DNA of 64,000 nt from Hyphomicrobiaceae bacterium (GTDB lineage: Bacteria > Pseudomonadota > Alphaproteobacteria > Rhizobiales > Hyphomicrobiaceae), in the NCBI GenBank assembly GCA_033764875.1, contig JANRIO010000011.1:6405-70404 (forward strand). The letters run 5' to 3'. The position numbers and the translations under genes are program-made. The first letter of the stretch is position 1. Every line of letters begins with the position of its first letter. Of this stretch, positions 37,712 to 46,573 are shown one piece after another. Below the pieces are notes generated by a model, which worked only from the letters and a program-made list of their open reading frames with translations, had not been told where the DNA came from and did no database searches.

Positions 37712-39070
37712 ATGCAAGTTGCCGATGCCGTCGAAAGCCTGAAGCCAGCACGTGCAATCTTCGTGGCGCTTGCCGCTGCTGCAGCCATTGTCGCTGCAAC
37801 CCCGGCCTCCGCCGCCGAGGGCTATATGCAGAACGGCATCGGCGCCCGCAACAAGGCGCTCGCCGGGGCCGGCGTCGCCAGCAGCACGGACGCGACGGCC
37901 GCCAGCCTCAACCCGGCCGGGCTCACCGGCGTGGAATCGCAGCTCGACAGCTCCACGTCCTTCTTCAACATGCGCGGCGGCTTCTCCTCCACCGGCTCCG
38001 GCGGCTTCACTGCCGACGGCTCGCACACCAGCCAGAAGGACTGGCTCGTGATCCCGAATTTCGCCGCCACCTGGCGCGTCAACTGGGGCTTTGCCGACGC
38101 CATCGCCTTCACCGCCTACGGCAACGGCGGCGTCATGACCCGCTACGCCGACATGCCGAACACCAGCTCGCTTTGCTCGAGCGGGTCCGGTGCCTACTGC
38201 GGCGGCCGCATGGGCATGGTCGCCCAGCAGCAGTTCTTCTCCATCGCGCTCGCCAAGCAGGTGAGCCCTGGCGTCTCCATCGGTATCGCGCCCATCCTCG
38301 CGCGCCAGACCATGGAGGTCGAAGGCCTCTCGCCGTTCGCGGGTCTGTCCAGCAACTCGGCCGCCTTCACCAACCGCGGCACCGACGAGAGCTGGGGCGG
38401 CGGAGTTCGCGCCGGCATCGAGTGGAAGGTGATGCCCGGCCTCAGGTTCGGCCTCGCCGGCAACTCGCGCGTCTACATGGGCAAGCTGAACCGCTACGCC
38501 GGCCTCTTCGCCGAGGAAGGCAGCATCGATGCGCCGCCCTCCCTGCAGGCGGGTCTTGCCTTCGACGTGCGTCCCAACCTGACCATGATGCTCGACTACA
38601 AGCGCATCTGGTTCAGCTCGGTGCGCTCGCTGAGCAATGCGTCGACCAATATCGCTGCGGCCTATGGCGGCGACCCCTCCTACCTGTTCGGCACCACCAA
38701 TGGTCCGGGCTTCGGCATGCAGGACATGGACATCTACAAGATCGCGCTGGAGTGGAAGGCCAACCCGAACCTGACGCTGCGCGGCGGCTACTCCTACAAC
38801 ACGGCGCCGTTCAGCTCGCGCGACGCCGACCTCACCGCCATGACCCTCGGCCTCGCCCAGCATCACCTGACCGCCGGCCTCAAGGTCGGCCTGACGGAGC
38901 GGATGGACCTTGAGGTCTCCGGCATGTACTCGCCGCGCATGACGCTTTCGGGTGAGGAGCTGCTCAACCCCAACCGCATCATGACGACCGAGTCGAGCCA
39001 GTTCGAGATCACGGTCGGTGCCGTCTACCGCTTCGGCGTCGACCGCGCCGCCCCAGCACCGCTCAAATGA
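37712..39070 (+). CDS. Outer-membrane hydrophobic-compound channel, FadL/OmpP1/TodX family
   Basis: Signal peptide, then the GYMQNGIGARNKALAGAGVA N-terminal hatch motif. Beta-barrel-like alternation. C-terminal ...VGAVYRF. Confidence 0.8.
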   Translation: MQVADAVESLKPARAIFVALAAAAAIVAATPASAAEGYMQNGIGARNKALAGAGVASSTDATAASLNPAGLTGVESQLDSSTSFFNMRGGFSSTGSGGFTADGSHTSQKDWLVIPNFAATWRVNWGFADAIAFTAYGNGGVMTRYADMPNTSSLCSSGSGAYCGGRMGMVAQQQFFSIALAKQVSPGVSIGIAPILARQTMEVEGLSPFAGLSSNSAAFTNRGTDESWGGGVRAGIEWKVMPGLRFGLAGNSRVYMGKLNRYAGLFAEEGSIDAPPSLQAGLAFDVRPNLTMMLDYKRIWFSSVRSLSNASTNIAAAYGGDPSYLFGTTNGPGFGMQDMDIYKIALEWKANPNLTLRGGYSYNTAPFSSRDADLTAMTLGLAQHHLTAGLKVGLTERMDLEVSGMYSPRMTLSGEELLNPNRIMTTESSQFEITVGAVYRFGVDRAAPAPLK

Positions 39071-39194
39071 TCTGCATCGCGTTAGGCCGGTCTTAACTAC
39101 TCCATAGAATGGATAAGTCGCATTAATCGAAAGGCGAGGCCTGAGGCGCATTCTGCCCCAGCACAAAGAGCAACTTTGTCTTGGGGTAGAGCGT

Positions 39195-40577
39195 ATGTCT
39201 GGCAGCGGTATCGCAGGCAAGCAGGGCGTTGCGTCCGAGGAATCCCTGAAGGGCAGCCTGCGCGATTTCAAGTCCGTCCGCGGCACGGACCTGATCGGCC
39301 GCTTCGACGGCTTCTACGCCTGGCAGGATCTGCGCCGCAGCAACGGCGTCTGGCCCTACGCCAAGTCGACGACCACCGCCCCGCGCACCTGCTGCACGGC
39401 GATGACCGATGACGGGCAGGCCTTCTCGGGCGTGAACTTCGCCTCGCAGGACTACCTGAGCCTCGCCTCGCATCCCGCCATCAAGGCCGCCGCCATCGAG
39501 GCCATCGAGGAGTACGGCGTGCACAGCGCCGGCTCGGCGGCGCTGCTCGGCAACACCAAGCATTCCCTCCAGCTCGAGCGCACCATCTGCGACTTCATCG
39601 GCGGCCGCGAGATCGTGCTCTATCCGACCGGCTGGTCGGCGGGCTTTGCCGCCGTGCAGGGCTTCGTCCGCCCCGACGATCACGTGGTGATGGATGTGCT
39701 GGCCCACTCCTGCCTGCAGGAGGGCGCGCGCGCCGCCACCCAGAACATCACCTACCACGGCCACCTGAACATCCGCGCCCTGGAGCGCCGGCTGCAGAAG
39801 ATCCGCGCCACCGACAAGGAGAACGGCATCCTGGTCGTGACCGAGAGCCTGTTCTCCATGCACTCGGACACGCCCGACATCGCAGCCCTCCGCGCCGCCT
39901 GCGACGCCTACGACGCCAAGCTGCTGGTCGACTGCGCGCACGACTTCGGCTGCATCGGCGAGGAGGGCCTCGGCCATCTCGGCCTGCAGAACATGCTGAA
40001 CGGCCCCGACATCATCGTCGGCAGCTTCTCCAAGACCTTCGCGGCCAACGGCGGCTTTGTCGCCGTCAAGACCAGGGCCGCCGCGGAGTACCTCAAGTAC
40101 TTCAGCGCGACGCAGACCTTCTCCAACGCCATGTCGCCGGCGCAGGCGGCCTCCGTCAACGCCGCCTTCCGCATCATCCGCTCGGCCGAGGGCAAGGAGC
40201 GCCGGCAGCGCCTCATGAGCAACATCCTGTACCTGCGCGGCGAGGTGCAGCGCGTCGGCATGGAGGTGCACGGCGACCCGTCCGCCATCGTGCCCGTGCG
40301 CCTGGGCGCCGAGGGCCTCGCCCGCATCGCCTCGCGCAATCTCGCCGAGCTCGGTGCCATCGCCAACCTCGTGGAGTACCCGGCCGTGCCGCAGGGCGGC
40401 GCCCGCTTCCGCGTGCAGGTGATGGCCGACCACCAGCGCGAGGAGATCGACGCCCTGGTGAAGGCGATGCTGGAGGCGATGCGCTCGGCCGACCTCGAGT
40501 TCCGCGCCCATCGCGAAGGCGACCGCGCGCCGCTGATCGGCGCGCGCCCGGCCGAAGGCGCCGGCAAGGCCGCCTGA
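39195..40577 (+). CDS. PLP-dependent alpha-oxoamine synthase family acyltransferase (BioF/KBL/SPT/CqsA superfamily; subfamily unresolved)
   Basis: NFASQDYLSLASHP, TGWSAGFAAV, LVDCAHDFG and the PLP-lysine motif GSFSKTF. SPT-like N-terminal DLIGRFDGF segment. Confidence 0.8.
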   Translation: MSGSGIAGKQGVASEESLKGSLRDFKSVRGTDLIGRFDGFYAWQDLRRSNGVWPYAKSTTTAPRTCCTAMTDDGQAFSGVNFASQDYLSLASHPAIKAAAIEAIEEYGVHSAGSAALLGNTKHSLQLERTICDFIGGREIVLYPTGWSAGFAAVQGFVRPDDHVVMDVLAHSCLQEGARAATQNITYHGHLNIRALERRLQKIRATDKENGILVVTESLFSMHSDTPDIAALRAACDAYDAKLLVDCAHDFGCIGEEGLGHLGLQNMLNGPDIIVGSFSKTFAANGGFVAVKTRAAAEYLKYFSATQTFSNAMSPAQAASVNAAFRIIRSAEGKERRQRLMSNILYLRGEVQRVGMEVHGDPSAIVPVRLGAEGLARIASRNLAELGAIANLVEYPAVPQGGARFRVQVMADHQREEIDALVKAMLEAMRSADLEFRAHREGDRAPLIGARPAEGAGKAA

Positions 40578-40917
40578 GGCGGCTTCGGCTCTCCAGGATT
40601 GCGAGCCCGCATTCGGCGGCGGCCAGGCCGCCGGCTGCACGCTGCCGGAGCGCCGCGGTGTCCGCGGCACGCAGAGCCCGCCGCGCTGCCGGCAGCCTTG
40701 TACTCGGCGCAGGCTGAACCGGGCTCATGGGCGGACCGCCCCCCATGGCGTACGGGCGAGCCGCAGCGCCGCGAGGGCGTGGCACCTCATCGGCGGTTGA
40801 CCTGCGTGCCCCAGCTGCCGCATCCATTCCCGTGAAAACATCGCAGAGAGCCAGCGTCCGGTGGAACCGAGACCAATACTCGGCATTTGTGCGGTACGCA
40901 TCATCACGGAGATCTGG

Positions 40918-41742
40918 ATGACGTTCCTAGGCAAGATCGCTCTGGCCTGCGCCGTTGCCGCACTGCCGCTGAGCACCGCCCAGAGCCAGGACGCCCCGCG
41001 CGCGGCTGACTACGCGCCCGTATCCGGCCAGGAGGGCAAGGATGTCGTCTGGGTGCCGACGGCCCAGGCCCTGGTCGATCGCATGCTGACCATGGCCAAG
41101 ATCACCCCGGATGACTTCGTCGTCGATCTTGGCTCGGGGGACGGGCGCACCGTGATCACTGCGGCCAAGCGCGGCGTCCGTGCGCACGGCATCGAGTACA
41201 ACCCGGAGCTGGTGGCTCTCTCTGAGAGGAACGCAAAGGAGGCGGGCGTTGACAAGCTTGCCACCTTCGAGCGCGCAGACATCTTCCAGTCGGACTTCTC
41301 CAAGGCGACCGTTGTCACTTTGTTCCTTCTGCCCGCCCTCAACGTGAAGCTGCGCCCGACGCTGCTCGGGATGAAGCCCGGCACGCGAGTCGTGTCCAAC
41401 AGCTTCGATATGGGTGATTGGGAGCCGGACGGGCGGATCGAGGCCGGCGGCAGCAATTGCACGAGCTACTGCCGGGCGATGATGTGGGTCATACCGGCGA
41501 AGGTCGGTGGCGCTTGGCGTCTCGGCGATGGTGCACTCCAGCTCACCCAGACCTATCAGATGCTCGGTGGCACGCTGACCCGCGGCCGCAAGGTCTTCCC
41601 GATCAGCTCGGCCCGCATGGCCGGCACGAGCATCACCTTCACCGCCGGCGGCAAGCGCTATGACGGCCGCGTCGACCATGGCACCATGACGGGGCACACC
41701 GAGGGCGGTGGCGCCTGGACCGCGACCCGCGTTGGGCACTAG
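40918..41742 (+). CDS. Class I SAM-dependent methyltransferase with a cleavable-looking signal peptide and a beta-rich C-terminal domain
   Basis: MTFLGKIALACAVAALPLSTAQS leader. SAM motif I VVDLGSGDGR. ATG at 40918 in the track ORF 40861-41742. Confidence 0.7.
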   Translation: MTFLGKIALACAVAALPLSTAQSQDAPRAADYAPVSGQEGKDVVWVPTAQALVDRMLTMAKITPDDFVVDLGSGDGRTVITAAKRGVRAHGIEYNPELVALSERNAKEAGVDKLATFERADIFQSDFSKATVVTLFLLPALNVKLRPTLLGMKPGTRVVSNSFDMGDWEPDGRIEAGGSNCTSYCRAMMWVIPAKVGGAWRLGDGALQLTQTYQMLGGTLTRGRKVFPISSARMAGTSITFTAGGKRYDGRVDHGTMTGHTEGGGAWTATRVGH

Positions 41743-41760
41743 CCGAGCGAGAGCGGGGGC

Positions 41761-42150
41761 CTAGAGCCCCGCCGCCACGCGGCCGAGCGCCAGCGCGTTC
41801 TCGATCTTGCCGAGCAGCCGGGCGAGGTCCACCGGCTTGGTGTCGAAGTCGCAGCAGCCGGCCGCCAGGCTGTTGCGCCTGTCGCTTTCGAAGGCGCTGG
41901 CCGTCAGCGCGATGATCGGGATGTTGGCCGTCGACGGGCGGCCCTTGATCTGCCGGGTCGCCTCCCATCCGTCCATCAGCTCCCCGAGCCCGATGTCCAT
42001 CAGGATCACGTCGGGCATCAGCCGCTCGGCGGCCTCGATGCCGGACGGACCGTCCTCGGCGAAGCGGACCGAGAAGCCGCGCTTCTCGAGCCGGCGTCCG
42101 AGCACGTCTCGGTTGATGGGGTTGTCCTCGATGACGAGTACGATGGGCAT
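41761..42150 (-). CDS. Single-domain response regulator (CheY-like receiver)
   Basis: VLVIEDNPINRDVL...DVILMDIGL...ALTA...KP. GGAGAG SD lies before the ATG at 42150. The track start at 42204 would overlap the kinase gene by 32 nt. Confidence 0.8.
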   Translation of the reverse strand: MPIVLVIEDNPINRDVLGRRLEKRGFSVRFAEDGPSGIEAAERLMPDVILMDIGLGELMDGWEATRQIKGRPSTANIPIIALTASAFESDRRNSLAAGCCDFDTKPVDLARLLGKIENALALGRVAAGL

Positions 42151-42172
42151 AAGCAGCTCTCCTGCGGCTTGC

Positions 42173-44041
42173 TCAGGCAGCGCGGACATCATGGTTGTGG
42201 CCATTTGCGCTGCAGGCGGTGTTGAGGGCCCTCAGCAGGGCATTGCGATCGACGGGCTTGGCGACGACGGCGGCCGCACCGGCCTGCAGCGCCCGCTTCT
42301 TCTCGTCGACGATGCTGAGGATGATGACGGGGATGGAGGCGGTCGCCGGGTCGGACTTCATGGCGGCCAGCACCGACCATCCGTCGAGCTCGGGCATCAG
42401 CACGTCGAGCAGCATCGCCTCGGGCTGCAGTGCTCGCGCAAGCTGCTTGGCACCCCTGGGATCGCTGCTGGCGACCACCGCATAGCCTTCCTTGCTGAGG
42501 AGGCGCTCGGCGATCTCGAGGAAGGCCGGGTCGTCGTCGACGACGAGGATGCGCTTGTCGCTGACAAGCGCGCCGAAGGCCACCTCGAGGTGCTCGCCGG
42601 GCCCCGCATTGCCGGCGCCGTTGCCGTCCGATACCGCGTTCTCCACCCGCGCCGCCGCCGGCGGCTGCGCGATCGCCGGCAGCCTGATCGTGAAGCACGA
42701 GCCCTTGCCGAGCTCGCTCTCGACCGAGATCCTGCCGCCCATCAGGTTGCAAAGGTTCTGGCTGAGCGACAGCCCGAGGCCCGTGCCGCCGTACTTCGAG
42801 GCGATCTTCGCGTTGGCCTGCGTGAAGTTCGAGAACAGCGTCTTGATCTGGTCCGGCGAGATGCCGACGCCGGTGTCCCTGACCGCGATCTCGATCCAGT
42901 CGCCGTCCTTCAGCGTCTCGCGGCGCACCTTGAGCGTGATCTCGCCGTTGTGCGTGAACTTGGTGGCATTGCTGACCAGGTTGAGCACCGCCTGGCGCAG
43001 CTTCGTGGCGTCGAGGTGGGCGGTGCCGAGCAGGCTCTCCCCGCGGTCGATGGTGAAGGCGTTGGTGTTCTTGGCCGCCAGCGGCCGCGAGTTGATCTCC
43101 ACCTCGTTGATCAGCTTGTCGAGGTCGACGTCCTCCAGGAACAGGTCCATGCGCCCGGCCTCGATCTTGGAGATGTCGAGGATGTCGTTGACCATCGACA
43201 GCAGATGCTGTCCCGCGGCGCTGATCTTCTGCAGGTCGCCGATCTGCTCGCCGCGTCCCTCCAGCTCCGCGTCCTCCAGCAGGATCTCGCTGTAGCCGAT
43301 CACGGCGTTGAGAGGGGTGCGCAACTCGTGGCTCATCTTGGCGAGGAATTCCGACTTGGCGCCGTTGGCGCGCTCGGCCTCCTCCTTGGCCTGCATCAGC
43401 TTCGTCAGCGTCGACTCGTGCCGCCCGATCTCGCGCAGCAGCTCCGACTGCGAATCGACGATCGTCGCGTAGTAGCTCGCCATCATCAGCACATACATCG
43501 CGGCCGAGAGCGTCGAGATCAGTCCGACGCCGACCATGTTTTCGATCGGGATGTGGACGGGGAAGCTCTGGCCCCACAGGTAGGTGAGGTAGAACGAGGC
43601 GAGGCCCGCCGTGATCTGCAGGAATACGACGCCGCGCGTCAGGTTGCTGGAGCCCATGTAGAAGAAGGCCAGCAGCGGCACCACGAGCAGCCACATCAGG
43701 AATGGCGAGCTCGCCCCGCCGTAGTTGAACGACCCCCACAGGATCGCGAAGATCAGGTTCTGCACCGAGAGCAGCGCCAGCACCGTGTAGTGCTGCGGCA
43801 GCAGCTTCACCAGGAACGGAAACACCCAGAACAGCGAGATCGACGCGCCGAGGATGGGCACGTGCGGCCACGGCTGCGGATCGGCCAGCCACAGGAAGGC
43901 GGTGATCGGATGGCTCAGGAACGGCCCGCACAGGTGGCTGATCAGGAACATCCGCTGCCGGCGCTGCTCGTTGCTGCCGGGACGGAGCTTCGGATCCGTG
44001 AACCAGTCGATTACGCCGCTTACCCGGTCGATGAACGTCAT
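42173..44041 (-). CDS. Hybrid sensor histidine kinase: ~6-TM N-terminal sensor, HisKA, HATPase_c, C-terminal receiver
   Basis: H-box [16 protein letters not shown] boxes ([20 protein letters not shown]). Receiver ILVVDDD...[12 protein letters not shown]...KP. About 180 aa of hydrophobic helices at the N-terminus. ATG at 44041. Confidence 0.85.
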   Translation of the reverse strand: MTFIDRVSGVIDWFTDPKLRPGSNEQRRQRMFLISHLCGPFLSHPITAFLWLADPQPWPHVPILGASISLFWVFPFLVKLLPQHYTVLALLSVQNLIFAILWGSFNYGGASSPFLMWLLVVPLLAFFYMGSSNLTRGVVFLQITAGLASFYLTYLWGQSFPVHIPIENMVGVGLISTLSAAMYVLMMASYYATIVDSQSELLREIGRHESTLTKLMQAKEEAERANGAKSEFLAKMSHELRTPLNAVIGYSEILLEDAELEGRGEQIGDLQKISAAGQHLLSMVNDILDISKIEAGRMDLFLEDVDLDKLINEVEINSRPLAAKNTNAFTIDRGESLLGTAHLDATKLRQAVLNLVSNATKFTHNGEITLKVRRETLKDGDWIEIAVRDTGVGISPDQIKTLFSNFTQANAKIASKYGGTGLGLSLSQNLCNLMGGRISVESELGKGSCFTIRLPAIAQPPAAARVENAVSDGNGAGNAGPGEHLEVAFGALVSDKRILVVDDDPAFLEIAERLLSKEGYAVVASSDPRGAKQLARALQPEAMLLDVLMPELDGWSVLAAMKSDPATASIPVIILSIVDEKKRALQAGAAAVVAKPVDRNALLRALNTACSANGHNHDVRAA

Positions 44042-44151
44042 GCCCTGCCCCGACGACAAACTCCGTGAGCCGATGGATGTTTTCCCACGACTGGATGAAT
44101 TATCCGTGGATTGGGCAGGCAACTCGGGGACCGGGCGGCGAGCCCGGTCGC

Positions 44152-44508
44152 TCAGCCTGGCTGCGCCAACGCGGCGATGGTCTGGGCGATGGTGGCGCCG
44201 ACGGCAGGCAGGCACAGGGCGACATCGGCGAGCTGCTCGCTCTCGATCTCGATGCCGCGCGCCATCCGGGAGAGCCGCACGGCGCCGAGGTTTGCCGCCA
44301 TGCCCTTGAGCTTGTGCGCGACGCGCTTGGCCTTTGCCAGCTCCTCGGCCGCCACCGCCGCCTTCAGCTCGTCGAGGCAGGCCGCGCACTGCCCTGGCAC
44401 CTGCGCCAGGATCTCGGCCACGTCCGCCGGATCGAGATCGGCGGTCCATTCGCCCATGACCGCCTCGTCGATCAGGGGAAGCGTCATGTCGGGCTCGCTG
44501 CGCACCAC
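44152..44508 (-). CDS. Histidine phosphotransfer (Hpt) domain protein
   Basis: Hpt signature [13 protein letters not shown]. 111-118 aa. Immediately upstream of the hybrid kinase. Confidence 0.75.
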   Translation of the reverse strand: MVRSEPDMTLPLIDEAVMGEWTADLDPADVAEILAQVPGQCAACLDELKAAVAAEELAKAKRVAHKLKGMAANLGAVRLSRMARGIEIESEQLADVALCLPAVGATIAQTIAALAQPG

Positions 44509-44765
44509 CCGTCTCCTCTACCCGTCACGCCCTTGCTGCCGCAGAGTGCGGCATCAACTCCGAACAAAGCCTTGCGCCCGGGCTCCGCCGCGGTCGGTTT
44601 CCGCCGACATGCTTGCCGATTAGCCGTCTGTTCACCTTGGCCAGCAATACGGCCGCGGTCTTCGGGTTCCGTTAGCGGAATTTACTCTGCCGCCGGCAAA
44701 TATGGCGCATACAGGCAGCCTGCGGACGAAGCAGTTCCGGGCGCCAAGCGATTGTCAGGTGCACG

Positions 44766-46508
44766 ATGCGCAGGCCCACTGTCCTTGTCGTTGACGACGA
44801 TGCGTTCTCGCGGACCATCGTCAGCAAGAAGCTCAAGGCGCTGGCGGCCGTCATCGAGGCCGAGGACGGCCACGATGCTCTCTCCAAGGTGCAGGGCGTT
44901 CGCATCGACCTTGCGATCGTCGACCTCGAGATGCCGCGCTTCAATGGCCTCGACCTGATCAAGTGCATGCGCGGCATGCCGTCGCTGAAGCACATTCCCA
45001 TCATCGTCCTCACGGCCAACGAGACCCGCGGCTGCCTCGAGGAGGCGCTGATGGGCGGCGCCACGTCGTTTCTCCTGAAGCCGCTCAACTGGAGCGCGTT
45101 CGGCGAGCACATCTGCCACGTGATGGAGCTTGCCTATCGCGCCGGCCATCTCGCCTTGCACGATCATCTCACGGGCCTGCCCAACCGCATCCAGCTCAAC
45201 GAGCGGCTCGAGGGTGCGCTGGTCACGGCGCGGCCGGGCGCCTTCGTGGCGACCCACATGCTGGATCTCGACCAGTTCAAGATGATCAACGACACCATGG
45301 GCCACTCCGCCGGCGACGAGCTCCTGAAGCTCGTGGCCGATCGCCTGTGCGAGCTCGTCCGCGGCGTCGACACCGTCGCGCGCATGGGCGGTGACGAGTT
45401 CTCCATCGTGCAGCCCGGGATTGCGAGGCCGGCCGACGCGGCAGCGCTTGCCCAGCGCGTGATCGCCCGCGTCAGCGAGCCCTACGAGATCGCCGGTGTC
45501 CAGGTCGTCATCGGGACCACTGTCGGCATCTCCATCGCCGCGACCGGCGACTGCGAGCCCGAGCAGGAGCTGCGCAACGCCGACGTGGCCCTCTATCGCG
45601 CCAAGAAGGCGGGCCGCGGCACCTTCTGCTTCTTCGATATCGGCATGAACCTGGCGCTGCACGAGCGCCAGGAGCTCTCGGCCGATCTCGCCGTGGCCGT
45701 GGAGAAGAAGCAGTTCGAGCTGTTCTACCAGCCCGTGATCGGGCTCGAGACGCAGCGCATCAAGGCCTTCGAGGCGCTGATCCGCTGGCGCCATCCCGTG
45801 AAGGGCCTGATCCAGCCCGGTGCGTTCCTGGTGCTTGCCGAGCAGATGGGCCTCATCCTTCCGATCGGCGAATGGGTCCTGCAGGAGGCCTGCATGGCCG
45901 CCCAGCAGTGGCCGAAGGACCTGCGCGTCGCCGTCAACCTGTCGCCGGCGCATTTCAGAAGCCCGGGCCTGGTCGGCGCCGTCCGGCGGGCCCTGGAGAT
46001 GTCGGGCTTGGCGCCCGGTCGGCTCGAGATCGAGGTGACAGAGGCCATCCTCCTGCACAACGCCGCCGCCGCCCTGAAGGCGCTGCACGAGTTGCGCGCC
46101 ATGGGTGTGCGCATTGCCATGGACGACTTCGGCACCGGCTATTCCTCCATCAATCACCTGCAGAGCTTCCCCTTCGACAAGGTCAAGATCGACCAGTCCT
46201 TCGTCGAGGACGTGACCGACAATTCCAACTCGCTCAAGATCGTGCGCGCGGTGGCGGCGCTCGCCAACGGCCTCGGCATGGAGGCGACCGCGGAAGGCGT
46301 CGAGACCGAGGAGCAGCTGGCCGCGATCCGCGCCGAGGGCTGCACCGAGATGCAGGGCTTCCTCTCGAGCGAGCCCGTGCCCGTCGGCGAGATCCCCCTG
46401 CTGCTCCTGACCGAGCAGCTGCGCAATCCCGATTGCATCGCGCCGCCTGCCAGGCGTCACGGCGCGCTCCCGTCCTCGGACGCCCTTGCGAAGAGGGCGG
46501 CGCCGTGA
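44766..46508 (+). CDS. Response regulator with REC-GGDEF-EAL architecture (paralog 1)
   Basis: REC (VLVVDDD...AIVDLEMP...KP). I-site RGVD five residues before GGDEF. EAL motifs FEALIRW, DDFGTGYSS, KIDQSF, EGVETEEQ. Confidence 0.9.
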   Translation: MRRPTVLVVDDDAFSRTIVSKKLKALAAVIEAEDGHDALSKVQGVRIDLAIVDLEMPRFNGLDLIKCMRGMPSLKHIPIIVLTANETRGCLEEALMGGATSFLLKPLNWSAFGEHICHVMELAYRAGHLALHDHLTGLPNRIQLNERLEGALVTARPGAFVATHMLDLDQFKMINDTMGHSAGDELLKLVADRLCELVRGVDTVARMGGDEFSIVQPGIARPADAAALAQRVIARVSEPYEIAGVQVVIGTTVGISIAATGDCEPEQELRNADVALYRAKKAGRGTFCFFDIGMNLALHERQELSADLAVAVEKKQFELFYQPVIGLETQRIKAFEALIRWRHPVKGLIQPGAFLVLAEQMGLILPIGEWVLQEACMAAQQWPKDLRVAVNLSPAHFRSPGLVGAVRRALEMSGLAPGRLEIEVTEAILLHNAAAALKALHELRAMGVRIAMDDFGTGYSSINHLQSFPFDKVKIDQSFVEDVTDNSNSLKIVRAVAALANGLGMEATAEGVETEEQLAAIRAEGCTEMQGFLSSEPVPVGEIPLLLLTEQLRNPDCIAPPARRHGALPSSDALAKRAAP

Positions 46509-46573
46509 GGCACGCGGCGCGGTCGGTCGACAACGCCTGGCTGCAGGTTATGTTTGCTTTGTCTTGAGATCCT

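Noticed and set aside
39195-40577. Calling the alpha-oxoamine synthase hemA (ALAS), bioF or kbl
   Set aside because: It lacks the ALAS-like motifs I recall (for example TLAKAF around the lysine). No bio or tdh genes are adjacent. The N-terminal segment looks SPT-like, so the subfamily cannot be resolved by eye and is left open.
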